DNA of 64,000 nt from a virus (taxonomy: Duplodnaviria > Caudoviricetes). A program made the translations under genes and the position numbers. The notes under the pieces were generated by a model that saw nothing but the letters and a program-made list of their open reading frames with translations, ran no database searches and had not been told where the DNA came from. This document shows positions 38,258 through 47,630 of the stretch, piece by piece. Where the stretch lies: positions 26,317-90,316 of the IMG/VR virus record IMGVR_UViG_3300043384_000010. The stretch is one strand, 5' to 3'. The number at the start of each line of letters is the position of its first letter. Position 1 is the stretch's first letter.

Positions 38258-38545
38258 GTGACCGGCAAGTATGTGATCGTCAGGGCCGACAAGGCCGCCT
38301 GTTTCGCGGGCGTTCTCGTGGAGCGGGTTGGCCGCGAAGTGACCCTCCGGGACGCCCGGCGGCTGTGGGCGTGGGCGGGTGCACCGACCCTGTCCGATCT
38401 CGCTGTCACCGGCACGACTGCGCCGAGGAAGTGTAAGTTCCCGGTCGCCGTCTCGGAGGTCGTCATCTTGGACGTCGCCGAGGTGTTGACCGTTACGGAT
38501 GAGGCGAGGACCTCGATCGAGGCTGTCGCTGCATGGGCGCCCTGA
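38258..38545 (+). CDS. Sm-like phage protein (DUF6948-like)
   Basis: YVIVRADKAACFAG.L.E..GREV.L.DARRLWAWAGA..LS.LA..G. Confidence 0.7.
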   Translation: MTGKYVIVRADKAACFAGVLVERVGREVTLRDARRLWAWAGAPTLSDLAVTGTTAPRKCKFPVAVSEVVILDVAEVLTVTDEARTSIEAVAAWAP

Positions 38546-38643
38546 TGGGCGGCTCCGGCGACGGCTCCGGCGACGGCTCCGGCAACGGCTCCGGCTCCGG
38601 CTACGGCTACGGCGACGGCTCCGGCTCCGGCTACGGCTACTAA
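38545..38643 (+). CDS. 32-aa Gly/Ser/Asp/Tyr repeat peptide
   Basis: MGGSGDGSGDGSGNGSGSGYGYGDGSGSGYGY; TGATG coupling. Confidence 0.5.
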   Translation: MGGSGDGSGDGSGNGSGSGYGYGDGSGSGYGY

Positions 38644-38718
38644 CCCGGATGCGCTGGCGCGCCAGATCATCCCGATCGGGGGCGCCAGCGCACAGATCCA
38701 CGGAAGGGAACTGGGGGC

Positions 38719-38931
38719 ATGGAACAGCACTGGTCGGAGACCGCCGAACGTGTCACCGATGGGGACTTGCGCATCCTCGGTGAGACTGAGAGCGGCGTGC
38801 TCCTCGTCCCGATCGGCCCAGGGAAATGGCGGGGACGCTACCGGGGGTGGAACCCGTCGCACTGGCGGTACTGGATTCGGTCGCGTTGCACCATGCGGAT
38901 CGCTTCCCTTGAGGACGAGATCCATGGCTGA
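38719..38931 (+). CDS. Hypothetical protein
   Basis: Coupled to the LuxR-like gene. Confidence 0.5.
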   Translation: MEQHWSETAERVTDGDLRILGETESGVLLVPIGPGKWRGRYRGWNPSHWRYWIRSRCTMRIASLEDEIHG

Positions 38932-39142
38932 CCCCGCGGCCCAGCCCCTTTCTCCGCGGATGGTGGAGTGTCTCCACCACATCGCAGCGGGCCGCACCGC
39001 CGAGGGAACCGCCGAAGCCCTAGGGGTCTCACCGCACACGGTGGTGGCGCACCTGCGTAAAGCCCGGACGAGGCTCGGCGTACCATCCACGGCTGCCGCG
39101 GTCGCGTGGCTGATCCGCGCCACGGAGGTGGGCGTCCCGTGA
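38924..39142 (+). CDS. LuxR-type HTH protein
   Basis: LSPRMVECLHHIAAG...AEALGVSPHTVVAHLRKARTRLGV. Confidence 0.8.
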   Translation: MADPAAQPLSPRMVECLHHIAAGRTAEGTAEALGVSPHTVVAHLRKARTRLGVPSTAAAVAWLIRATEVGVP

Positions 39143-39517
39143 GCCGCTGGTTGGCGATCGCCGCCGCATGGACGGTGGCCGAGGTGGCATGCGCCATCAT
39201 CGTCGGCGCGCACCTCAACCGGAACCAGAAGCGATACCCGACCGCCACACCCAAGCCGTGACCGGGGGACCAGCATGCTGGGAGTCGAGGAACTCTCGGG
39301 CCACCCTCGGCGGGATCTCCGCCACGTGGCCACGGGGCGGCCTGCTCACCGTCTGCTGGGACACCGCCCCATGCCCGGACGCAGTCTGCTCCCGCGAGAA
39401 AGACCACCCCGGCAGGCACATGGCGTCCCTCGGTCACGGCTACGGACACCGGATCGTCGCAGCGTGGCCAGGCACTCACCGCCCCACCAAGACCGACCTC
39501 CGAAAGGACCCCCAGTC

Positions 39518-40225
39518 ATGACCACCTCGACCAGATGCCCTGACTGCAGTCACGCCCACGCCGGGCCGTCCCTCGCCGGCGCCCCGATCGCAGCCGGAAC
39601 CCCAACCGACCACAAGGCCGCCGGGTGTGAGTGGGAGTCCGACCACTGGCTGTGCGAGGACGAGGACGGCAGGTCACGGCACCCGCTCGACGACCACGCC
39701 AGCGAACTCGCTGAATACCTCGACGTCGCTCTTGCTGCCATCCCGTCCGGCTGGCACTCCGGGTACGTCGGCCGCGACGTCTACGACGATGCATGCCGGT
39801 TGGCCGCTGAGAGGCACGAGGACATCCAGGGCCTGGCTGAGGTCACCGGATCACTCACCGCCTACGCGACCGAGATCCACAAGCGGGGCCACCGGGAAGG
39901 ATGCGACTCCATCCTCCTCGGGACCGGGTGCTCCTGTGACTGGTTGCCTGCGTGGCGGATCCTCAGCGCATTCCCAGAGCCAGCGCCTGCCCCCTCCCGG
40001 ATCCACCCCAAGACCACCCGCGAGGCTGTGGCCGAGGCAGTAGACGACCGGACCATCGCCGCCGCTGTGGTTGCGCGGATCGTGGACGAGATCGACGAGG
40101 ACGCGATGTACCCGGGATCTCAACTGATCGCACATCTGACCGGGCTCGTGAACGGAATCCGCATCGGAGCGGCTGAACTTCCCGCCACGTCCCCGGCTTC
40201 CCCTGCTGGGGGTGAGGGGCGGTGA
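39518..40225 (+). CDS. Hypothetical multi-module protein
   Basis: GAAAGGA RBS; CPDC N-terminus. Confidence 0.55.
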   Translation: MTTSTRCPDCSHAHAGPSLAGAPIAAGTPTDHKAAGCEWESDHWLCEDEDGRSRHPLDDHASELAEYLDVALAAIPSGWHSGYVGRDVYDDACRLAAERHEDIQGLAEVTGSLTAYATEIHKRGHREGCDSILLGTGCSCDWLPAWRILSAFPEPAPAPSRIHPKTTREAVAEAVDDRTIAAAVVARIVDEIDEDAMYPGSQLIAHLTGLVNGIRIGAAELPATSPASPAGGEGR

Positions 40226-40363
40226 CCGGATTCGGGCGCGAACTCCGCGCAGCCCTCACCCGCGAGCCCTCGGCGGGCTGCCGCAACACCCCGACGCCTC
40301 CTGGGTGAAGGCCGCAGACCGGCTGTGCGACTACCTGACCCGTCGCGGCGTGGAGGTGACACG

Positions 40364-40834
40364 GTGAGCGGATTCCCTCGCCCGTTCGTCCTGAACCGGA
40401 AGATCGACGCGACCGGTATCAGCGGGACAGGCGTCGTCGCCCAAGGCGTCGAGTTCGCTGACGGATCCGTCGCGCTACGGTGGCTCGGCGACTGGCCCAC
40501 CTCCGTCGTCTTCCACGACCGTGGCGCCTTGTCTGTTGAGCACGTCCATGGGCACGGCGGGAACACGGAGATCGTGTGGCTCCCCGAAGGTGCCCTCGAC
40601 GGGGCACGGGAAGCGCACGAGGCGCGGAACCGGATCGCCCGCGGGATGGCCGACCTCCACGACGAGGTAGCCCACGCCCGGAAGGAACGCGACGAAGCCC
40701 GCGACGTCGCCAGTGACATCGCATCCGACCGGGACGACCTCACGATAAAGATGGAAGACGCGCAAGCCGAGATCGCGCGACTCAAGGCCGCCCTCCGCCC
40801 GGACCAAGCGCTCAAAGAGGTGACCCGTGGCTAG
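40364..40834 (+). CDS. Conserved phage protein with coiled-coil tail
   Basis: RPFVLNRKIDATGISGTGVVAQGVEFADG.VALRWLG...HGHGG.TEIVW. Confidence 0.7.
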   Translation: MSGFPRPFVLNRKIDATGISGTGVVAQGVEFADGSVALRWLGDWPTSVVFHDRGALSVEHVHGHGGNTEIVWLPEGALDGAREAHEARNRIARGMADLHDEVAHARKERDEARDVASDIASDRDDLTIKMEDAQAEIARLKAALRPDQALKEVTRG

Positions 40835-40908
40835 CCGAGAGGGCATCATCGAGCGTCTCTGCGCCCGCCAACACGACGCCTACGAAGACGCCGCCGCGAT
40901 CGAGGGCA

Positions 40909-41109
40909 TCAACTGTTGCGTTCCGAGCGTGCATGAGCGACGTCTGGCGTGCTCTGGTACTCATCCAGCCACGCCCGGAGCGCTTCGGTGACCACCCATG
41001 CGACCGGTCGGCGCAGGTCGGTGCACGCCGCGCGGATCTCCTCCTGCATACGCTCGGTGATCCTGACCTGGGGCAGCTTACCTGTCTTCCGTTCCGTGTC
41101 GTACCTCAT
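40909..41109 (-). CDS. Ribbon-helix-helix protein of the element
   Basis: Identical to 14088-14288; ATG 7 nt after TAGGGT. Confidence 0.75.
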   Translation of the reverse strand: MRYDTERKTGKLPQVRITERMQEEIRAACTDLRRPVAWVVTEALRAWLDEYQSTPDVAHARSERNS

Positions 41110-41127
41110 GTGTGGTACCCTATCACC

Positions 41128-42522
41128 ATGAAGCGATACGAGATCCCCGACGGGTGGACTGCCCGAGGGTTCTCGTTCGAGGTCGAGTGGCCATCGGACC
41201 GTTCCGCCGTCCTGTCCCACTTCGGGGCACGACGCAAGGCGAAGAACTGGGCGATCGCCCAAGTCAAGGCCGACATGGACGCCAAGAAGCTCAACCCGGA
41301 ACATGAGTCGGTCGGGTGGAATCTTCCCGCGCTCCGGAAGGAATGGAACCAGGCCAAATCCACTGTCGCACCATGGTGGGCGCAGAACAGTAAGGAGGCG
41401 TACTCGTCCGGGATCGCCGACGCGGTCCGCGCACTGGACAACTGGCGGGCATCCCGGGCCGGGAAACGGGCCGGTAAGCCTGTCGGTTTCCCGCGGTTCG
41501 AGTCCAAGCGAAAAGGCCACGACGCGGTCCGGTTCACCACTGGCACACTCCGGGTGGAGGCTGACCGCAGGACGATCACCCTGCCGGTGATCGGGTCGCT
41601 GGTCAGTAAGGAGAACACTCGGCGGCTGGAACGTCACGTCCGGAACGGGACCGGCAAGATCCTGTCTGCCACTCTGTCCCGGCGCGGTGACCGGCTGTTC
41701 GTAGCGTTCGCCACGATCGTTCAGCAGCAGCGCCCGAGTGCGACGGAACCGCAGGCCAGGGCCGGGGTGGACCTCGGGTTGCGGACCCTCGCGACCGTTG
41801 CGGACAGCGACGGACAGATCACTGAATACCCGAACCCGGCTCCACTGCGGGCTACCCTGAATGATCGCCGTCGGGCCGGACGACAGATGTCCCGACGGAT
41901 CGTCGGTTCGAAAGGATGGCGTGCAGCGAAAGCCAAGCTGCAAGCCATGGACTTCCGGGCTGCCAGTATCCGCAAGGACGCCGCCCACAAGCTCACCACA
42001 GATCTTGCCAGCACCTACGGCACCGTGGTGATCGAGGACCTCGATGTGGCCGCAATGAAACGGAGCATGGGGCGGCGGTCGTTCCGGCGTGCCGTGTCAG
42101 ACTCGGCGATCGGCGCGATCCGGCCCATGCTCGTCTACAAGACGGCATGGCACGGTGGGAGTCTGGTGGTCGCTGACCGCTGGTTCCCGTCCTCGAAGAT
42201 TCACCACGGGTGCGGTTGTCGTCTGATCGAACCACGGAAACTTGCGAAGCAGTTGGCGTGTGCGGTGACCGGCGAAATCATTGACCGCGACGTGAACGCT
42301 GCGAAGAATCTCCGTGACTGGCCGGATAATGCCAGTACGGGCACAGTTGGTGCCCGGGCCCCGCAGGTTGCCCTCACGGGTGACGGCGGCCAGGCCCCGA
42401 GGTTGATCTCGGAGCGTGGGAGGAACCGTAAGACGTCCCCTCAGAAGGATGCCCGTTCCGTTGAGGCCAGAACCGTCACTGGTAGTCACGGTGACGGAAC
42501 CTCGCGAAGGGGTGCGGCATGA
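41128..42522 (+). CDS. tnpB: RNA-guided endonuclease TnpB (IS607/IS1535-like)
   Basis: MKRYEIPDGW...SHFGARRKA.NW; RuvC motifs GVDLG, VIEDL, DRDVNAAKNL; ATG 6 nt after TACCCT. Confidence 0.92.
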   Translation: MKRYEIPDGWTARGFSFEVEWPSDRSAVLSHFGARRKAKNWAIAQVKADMDAKKLNPEHESVGWNLPALRKEWNQAKSTVAPWWAQNSKEAYSSGIADAVRALDNWRASRAGKRAGKPVGFPRFESKRKGHDAVRFTTGTLRVEADRRTITLPVIGSLVSKENTRRLERHVRNGTGKILSATLSRRGDRLFVAFATIVQQQRPSATEPQARAGVDLGLRTLATVADSDGQITEYPNPAPLRATLNDRRRAGRQMSRRIVGSKGWRAAKAKLQAMDFRAASIRKDAAHKLTTDLASTYGTVVIEDLDVAAMKRSMGRRSFRRAVSDSAIGAIRPMLVYKTAWHGGSLVVADRWFPSSKIHHGCGCRLIEPRKLAKQLACAVTGEIIDRDVNAAKNLRDWPDNASTGTVGARAPQVALTGDGGQAPRLISERGRNRKTSPQKDARSVEARTVTGSHGDGTSRRGAA

Positions 42523-42694
42523 GCGCGCATAGTCACTACTGCGCACTCAGCCACAACGGTTGGGCTACGCAGGTGGCATCCCGGAAGCCGTGGACGGACG
42601 TCCCTGAGGCGAACAAGGCGACGATGCGCCGATCTATGGCCGCCGTCTTAGACCTGCTGGAGTCCGAGGGACGCCTCCAGGATCCTGCCCCCTA

Positions 42695-42904
42695 ATGGAC
42701 CTGAACGTCCGTTGCGTCGACTGCCGGCGGACCCTCACGGATGAGGTGTCCCGTCGGCTGGAACGCGGCCCGGTGTGCCGCCAGAAGAAGGGGATCGTCG
42801 TCGTGGTACTCGACAAAGCCGAAGCTCCCCGGAAGGCGGAGCGGCGACGACGCGGGGTCGCTGCGGCGGAACAGTTGGAACTCGACCTGGTGGAGGTGTC
42901 GTGA
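42695..42904 (+). CDS. DUF6011-like Zn protein
   Basis: RCVDCRRTLTDEVSRRLERGPVC. Confidence 0.65.
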   Translation: MDLNVRCVDCRRTLTDEVSRRLERGPVCRQKKGIVVVVLDKAEAPRKAERRRRGVAAAEQLELDLVEVS

Positions 42905-43053
42905 GCGACTGGACGTACCGGGATGTCCCGCGTCGTGTTGTCCGTCCAAGGTGTGCCCGGAGTGCGGGACGTGGTGACCAGGTCGCTGCGTCAACCGTCC
43001 GCCAAGCCGGGCTTGGACTTGCACGACTGGACCGACCCGACAGGAGACCCCTG

Positions 43054-43590
43054 GTGACTGACATCGATAAGCACGTCCCGCTCCTCTGCCTCGACCTCGA
43101 CGGAACCGTCCGCGAAGGAAAAAACGACCCCCTCGGCCGGTTCGTCAACGGGCCACAGGACGTCCGTGTCTTCCCTGAGGCTGTCGAGATGATGCGCCGG
43201 TGGAAGGCAGGGGGCGGCCGGATCATCGCCGTCTCCAACCAGGGCGGCATCGCCCTCGGGCACGTCACCGGTGAGGTTGTCGTGGCTGCGATGGTGGAGA
43301 CGCAACGGCAGACGGGCTCCCTGTTCGACAAGATCCTATGGTGCTCGCATCACCCTGCCGCGACGGTCCCGGAAATGTCCCGGTGCTGGTGCCGCAAGCC
43401 ATCCCCAGGACTGATCGTTGAGGGTGCCATCACCTTGGCCACGGACCTCCTAGGGATGGAAATCTACCCGCCGTATATGGGGCTCATGGTGGGGGACCGA
43501 CCGGAGGATGAGGAATGCGCACGGCTGGCCGGCCTGGATTTCCAGTGGGCGGTCGACTGGCGCGCGCAGGCTGTGGCGGTGCCCCGTTGA
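43054..43590 (+). CDS. HAD-IIIA phosphatase (GmhB / polynucleotide phosphatase-like)
   Basis: DLDGT, VSNQGG, CWCRKPSPG, MVGDRPED. Confidence 0.85.
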   Translation: MTDIDKHVPLLCLDLDGTVREGKNDPLGRFVNGPQDVRVFPEAVEMMRRWKAGGGRIIAVSNQGGIALGHVTGEVVVAAMVETQRQTGSLFDKILWCSHHPAATVPEMSRCWCRKPSPGLIVEGAITLATDLLGMEIYPPYMGLMVGDRPEDEECARLAGLDFQWAVDWRAQAVAVPR

Positions 43591-43837
43591 ACGCCGACCA
43601 GCCGCCGGAGCCCCCGGCCTGTCTGGTGGCGGAGCTTCGCTGCCTCCAGGACCGGTACGGGCCAGACACGGTCCGGGGAGTGGTGGGCAGGCTCGACGAC
43701 TACGGCAGACTCCAGCCCACCGCAGACCCGCCCGGTCAGTCCAGGTCGGCCACCTGAGCCATCGTCGCTGTCAAGTCGAGCAGCCGCTTGGTGTGTCTCT
43801 GCGGGCATGCGGGACCCTCCCGTGATAGGTTTCTAGA

Positions 43838-44845
43838 ATGCAGATTCCGGCAGACTATGCGGGTGATGGGGCAGCATTAGAGCCCTCCCCTGACGCCCCG
43901 GCGAGGCTGCATCCGTGCTCGGCGTACCTCGCCACACTGGAGTCGCCAGCGGCCAAGTCGACCATGGCCGGGTGCCTGAGCCGCCTCGCCAAGATGATCC
44001 TCAACCTCGACAAGCATCCAGACGGCAGGAAGATCACCGGGACGGACGTCCCCTGGTGGAACCTCACCTATGACGTCACGGTTGCCCTACGGGCAAGGAT
44101 GGACGCCGAAGGCTGGGCGCCAGCCACAATCAACAAGTACATGTCGGCCATCCGAGGCGTCGCCGAACAGTCCTGGCGTCTAGGACTCATGAACTCCGAG
44201 ACCCGCGACCGGATCAAGGCTGTCGCGGGTAGCAAGGGCACCCGGCTACCCGCGGGCCGGCAAGTCCCAGAGGCCGAGCGGGATGCCCTCCTGGCTGCCT
44301 GCGACGACGGAACCCCCAAGGGCACCAGGGACGCGGCCGTGATCGCTCTGATGTATGCGACGGGTGCACGGAGAGCCGAACTGGCCTCACTCGACATTAG
44401 CGGCTGGTCTCCCAGTGCCCGTCAGTTCAGGGTCATCGGCAAGCGCAACAAGGAACGGATCCTCCCCGTCTCGACCGAGGCCGTCCCGCTGCTTACGGCA
44501 TGGCTCCGAGTCCGCGGGCCATCACCCGGCCCAGTGTTCTGCCCTGTCCGGAAGAACGGCGCCATAGCGATAGCGCGACTGACCGGGCAGACGATGCTCG
44601 ACATCGTCAAGGAACGCAGCAAGCATGCCGGGCTAAGGCACGGCGAGGCTCCTAGCCCCCACGACTTCCGGCGCACCGTCGTAGGGGACCTCCTCGACGA
44701 GGGAGCCGACCTGGCAACCGTCCAGAGGATCGCGGGGCACTCCTCCCCCGCCACTACCGCCAGGTACGACCGCCGCCCCGATGCGGCCATGCTCGCCGCC
44801 GTCGACAAGTTGCACATCCGCCAGCCGAAAGGAGACGGGAACTGA
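43838..44845 (+). CDS. Tyrosine recombinase (Xer/Cre-like)
   Basis: RDAAVIALMYATGARRAE, GKRNKER, HDFRRT, AGHSSPATTARY; ATG 6 nt after TGATAGGTT. Confidence 0.92.
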   Translation: MQIPADYAGDGAALEPSPDAPARLHPCSAYLATLESPAAKSTMAGCLSRLAKMILNLDKHPDGRKITGTDVPWWNLTYDVTVALRARMDAEGWAPATINKYMSAIRGVAEQSWRLGLMNSETRDRIKAVAGSKGTRLPAGRQVPEAERDALLAACDDGTPKGTRDAAVIALMYATGARRAELASLDISGWSPSARQFRVIGKRNKERILPVSTEAVPLLTAWLRVRGPSPGPVFCPVRKNGAIAIARLTGQTMLDIVKERSKHAGLRHGEAPSPHDFRRTVVGDLLDEGADLATVQRIAGHSSPATTARYDRRPDAAMLAAVDKLHIRQPKGDGN

Positions 44846-44862
44846 TCTAGTCGTGTCAGGGG

Positions 44863-44895
44863 TAGACAACCCCAACGCTGCGTTGTATGGTTGTC
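44863..44895 (+). promoter_or_regulatory. Promoter with nested palindromes
   Basis: TAGACA-N17-TATGGT; CAACGC-T-GCGTTG; GACAACC...GGTTGTC. Confidence 0.65.
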
Positions 44896-44938
44896 GTGTG
44901 AGGCCGGAACGACCAGCCCACACCCCCAGGAGGCAGCC

Positions 44939-45163
44939 GTGACCACCAACCTCTACCGCGTCTTCAAGGCCAACCTTGACGCCGCCGTTGAGGCTGGCCT
45001 GGCCACCTCTGACCGTCTCTCCGCATGGGCCGCCGTCGACGCCCTCTGGGTCATGTTCGACGCTCACGGCGGTTACGGCGCATGGAAGGACGACGCGGCC
45101 GAGGGATCCCGCATCCTGTACCGGCACGCGACCAGTTTCGACGAGCTGCCCGCTGCGGCCTGA
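44939..45163 (+). CDS. Hypothetical protein
   Basis: AGGAGG RBS. Confidence 0.6.
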   Translation: MTTNLYRVFKANLDAAVEAGLATSDRLSAWAAVDALWVMFDAHGGYGAWKDDAAEGSRILYRHATSFDELPAAA

Positions 45164-45418
45164 TACCCCCACCTGACCCACCATGGAGGACACCATGCAC
45201 CCACTACCGCCATCACGGACGGCGCCATGCTGACCATGGACAGCGACGACCGGATGGACGCGGTCGAGGTGACCATCCCCCTCGCCGAATCCCGGACGGG
45301 CACCTACCGGATCTCCCGCGACGGCGCCGTCCACCGGGTCGCCTGACAGCACCGAAACCAACAGAGGAGCCCCGCATGACCATCACCGTCGTGACCGTCC
45401 CGGCCACCGGCTACGTCC

Positions 45419-45640
45419 TTGACCTGGGTTACAGGATCGACGGGGCCGTGGTTGCGGTTCTGGTCCCTCAAGTCCGAGGCGGTCAAGGCCGCCAAGTCCA
45501 TCGGCTGGCCCGTCAAGTCGGTCGCCCCGGTCCACACCCGGTTCTGCCGCGGGTACGCCCTCAGCACCGAGCACAAGGAGCTGCTCACCAAGGATTCCTT
45601 CGCCGCCCTCTACTACGACCGCAACGGGGGCGCCCGATGA
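45419..45640 (+). CDS. Hypothetical protein
   Basis: ATGA overlap with the next gene. Confidence 0.45.
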   Translation: MTWVTGSTGPWLRFWSLKSEAVKAAKSIGWPVKSVAPVHTRFCRGYALSTEHKELLTKDSFAALYYDRNGGAR

Positions 45641-45978
45641 CCTCTGACTTGTGCCCCCGTTGCCACGGTGAGGGCGAGATGGAGGACGCCCCGTGGGGGC
45701 TGCCGTGCCCGGAGTGCCATGGGGTCGGCACGACTGAACCGGAGCCCGAGTGGTGGGGTGTCGCTGAGGCGGCGTCCCACTGCGGTATCCAGCCAGCGAC
45801 GTGGCGGGGCTACGTGTCCACCGGCCACGCACCCGCACCAGCCGACCCGGACGACGGATACCCGCCGAACCGGCGCCGCCCCCGATGGAAGGCCGACACT
45901 GTCCGCGCCTGGCAGGACGGACGCCCCAAGCGTCCCGGCAGACCACGCAAGACCGACACCAACGGAGACCAGCAGTGA
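45637..45978 (+). CDS. CxxCxG zinc finger plus AlpA/MerR-like HTH
   Basis: CPRCHGEG..CPECHGVG; WGVAEAASHCGIQPATWRGY...VRAWQDGRPKRPGRP. Confidence 0.7.
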   Translation: MTSDLCPRCHGEGEMEDAPWGLPCPECHGVGTTEPEPEWWGVAEAASHCGIQPATWRGYVSTGHAPAPADPDDGYPPNRRRPRWKADTVRAWQDGRPKRPGRPRKTDTNGDQQ

Positions 45979-46604
45979 GCGAGACGTGGGAGTGGGCTAC
46001 CCGGGCTGACCGGACCGTCAACGTCGTCAAACGGGGCAGCGAGGAACTGGCACGGGAGGCGGTCGCCTCCTGCGACGAGACCCTTCACCTATACCGGCGG
46101 CGGACGGGCGGGGAATGGCAGAAGGTGCCATCGGTGGGGAGGACTTACGGCCGGGTCGCCTACGAGGCGTACGCGGCATCAACCGGCTGGAAGTCCGCCA
46201 TCTCGGGGGAACCGCTGCCCGCCTGGGATGTGCAGGCCGTCCATATCCGGGCCGCATGGGAGGACGCCGGATCTGAGGTGCTCCGTGTGGAGAGGGCCGG
46301 CTACAACGGCCTCGCCCGGCAGTGCGCCGACCTCCGCGACGCCCTCGACGAGGAACGCGCACGGCACTGCCAGCACCAGGATGAGGCCGCTGACGCCAGC
46401 ATGCACCGGAGCATCCTCGGCGTCGTCGCGGAGGAAGCAGCCAAGGTCGCGACCGCTCTAGGGCGTATGCGGGACCGCTGGTCCGAGGGCATCGACGCCA
46501 GGGTCCGGATCAACGGCGTCACCTATGTCTTACTCGTGGGCGGCAAGGACGAGCGGGGCGCGATGGTGAAGCTTGCCGAGTTCCGGGAATGGCATCGTGT
46601 CTGA
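45975..46604 (+). CDS. Hypothetical protein
   Basis: YGRVAYEAY......LPAWD......RAAW module. Confidence 0.55.
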   Translation: MSETWEWATRADRTVNVVKRGSEELAREAVASCDETLHLYRRRTGGEWQKVPSVGRTYGRVAYEAYAASTGWKSAISGEPLPAWDVQAVHIRAAWEDAGSEVLRVERAGYNGLARQCADLRDALDEERARHCQHQDEAADASMHRSILGVVAEEAAKVATALGRMRDRWSEGIDARVRINGVTYVLLVGGKDERGAMVKLAEFREWHRV

Positions 46605-46866
46605 CGCCGTCGACATCCCCCCGACCGAGTCGACTACACCCGTCCTGCGGTCCCTGGCCTGCCCGTACTGCGCCGGGAAGATCGTCGTCAACCTGGGCTG
46701 GCGCGGGCATGGGCACCTGTCCGAGCAGGTCCCAGACGGCCACTCCTGCGATGACTGCGGAGCCGACTGGGCGAAAGACGGTACGCCGACGTGCGGGCCG
46801 TCTGAGCACTGTTGGCGGATCGGGGAGCCCGAGGGCGCGATACCGCCATGGGTGGTGACTACATGA
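46597..46866 (+). CDS. Zn-ribbon protein
   Basis: CPYC...CDDC. Confidence 0.45.
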   Translation: MSDAVDIPPTESTTPVLRSLACPYCAGKIVVNLGWRGHGHLSEQVPDGHSCDDCGADWAKDGTPTCGPSEHCWRIGEPEGAIPPWVVTT

Positions 46867-47040
46867 GCAGGCAGGTCACGGTCAGGACTGAGATCTGGGA
46901 CGGCCTCCGCTGTGTCGTCTGCGAGAAACAGTTCCAGCCCGGCGACCGGATCATCTACCACCCGGAAGGCGACGCACACGAGGAGTGCATGGCGTGACCG
47001 GACACTCAAACCGCACCTTCTGCCAGCCGACGATGACCAC

Positions 47041-47481
47041 GTGAACACTTTCGTGTGCGAGGCGTCGTTTGCTCTCGCGGCCTCCCGTATCGACCGTGCC
47101 AGGCTCGGGAAGCAGCGTCTTGAGGTGGCCCAGATGCTGCGCGCCATGGCTGGCGGGACGCGGGGCTGGGCCAACCATCCGGCGGTCCTGGCGTGGACCG
47201 GCCACGAGCGGGCGTTGGCCGAGTTTGGGCTGGCCTGCCATCGGGAGTGGATCGCCCGCAGATACAACGACACCACCATGGGCAGGCTCGCCGACTACGC
47301 GGCCACCCTCCCGGACACCGGTAACCCGTGGTGGGTCGGTGACCCCGGCTACCTGGCGCACGTCCGGTCTGTGCTGGTCGCCAAGGACCCATCGTGGTAC
47401 GGGCAGTGGTGGCCCGACGTAGCACCACTGGACGGCGCCCAATGGTGGCCATCCCCCGACCGCCAGGGCGCGGCGGCATAG
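47041..47481 (+). CDS. Pyrimidine-dimer DNA glycosylase-like protein (DenV / MSMEG_6728 type)
   Basis: RLGKQRLEVAQML...GWANHPAV..W.G...AL..FGLAC..EW. Confidence 0.8.
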   Translation: MNTFVCEASFALAASRIDRARLGKQRLEVAQMLRAMAGGTRGWANHPAVLAWTGHERALAEFGLACHREWIARRYNDTTMGRLADYAATLPDTGNPWWVGDPGYLAHVRSVLVAKDPSWYGQWWPDVAPLDGAQWWPSPDRQGAAA

Positions 47482-47630
47482 CCCGTCCGGGTGACGTGCC
47501 CCCTCAGGTGTCAAGTCTCCCTCCGTCGCCCCGATAACCCTGGTGCCGGAACAAGGATTGGACCCCGGGGCTTACCCGGGTGGGGAAGCCCGCGAAATCC
47601 CCGGGGTCCACGGACACCAGGAGCACCCCC

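Larger units (their letters stand above)
40905..42559 (+). mobile_element. IS607-type non-autonomous element: divergent RHH + TnpB, bounded by GG
   Basis: GG at 40905-40906 and 42558-42559, no target duplication, in-frame empty site, no serine TnpA. Confidence 0.82.
40827..42695 (+). pseudogene. Phage gene interrupted by the IS607-type element
   Basis: MASREG...AAAIEG (40827-40906) joins in frame to WATQVASRKPWTDVPEANKATM... (42560-42695). Confidence 0.75.

Noticed and set aside
40933-41127. N-terminal extension of the 529-aa TnpB call
   Set aside because: It is the antisense of the RHH gene; the ATG at 41128 follows a -10 box and matches the family N-terminus.
47559-47610. Branched hairpin before the 47631 gene as a riboswitch
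   Set aside because: The 12-bp outer stem is real, but no known aptamer consensus was recognised; it may be an ordinary terminator or leader.
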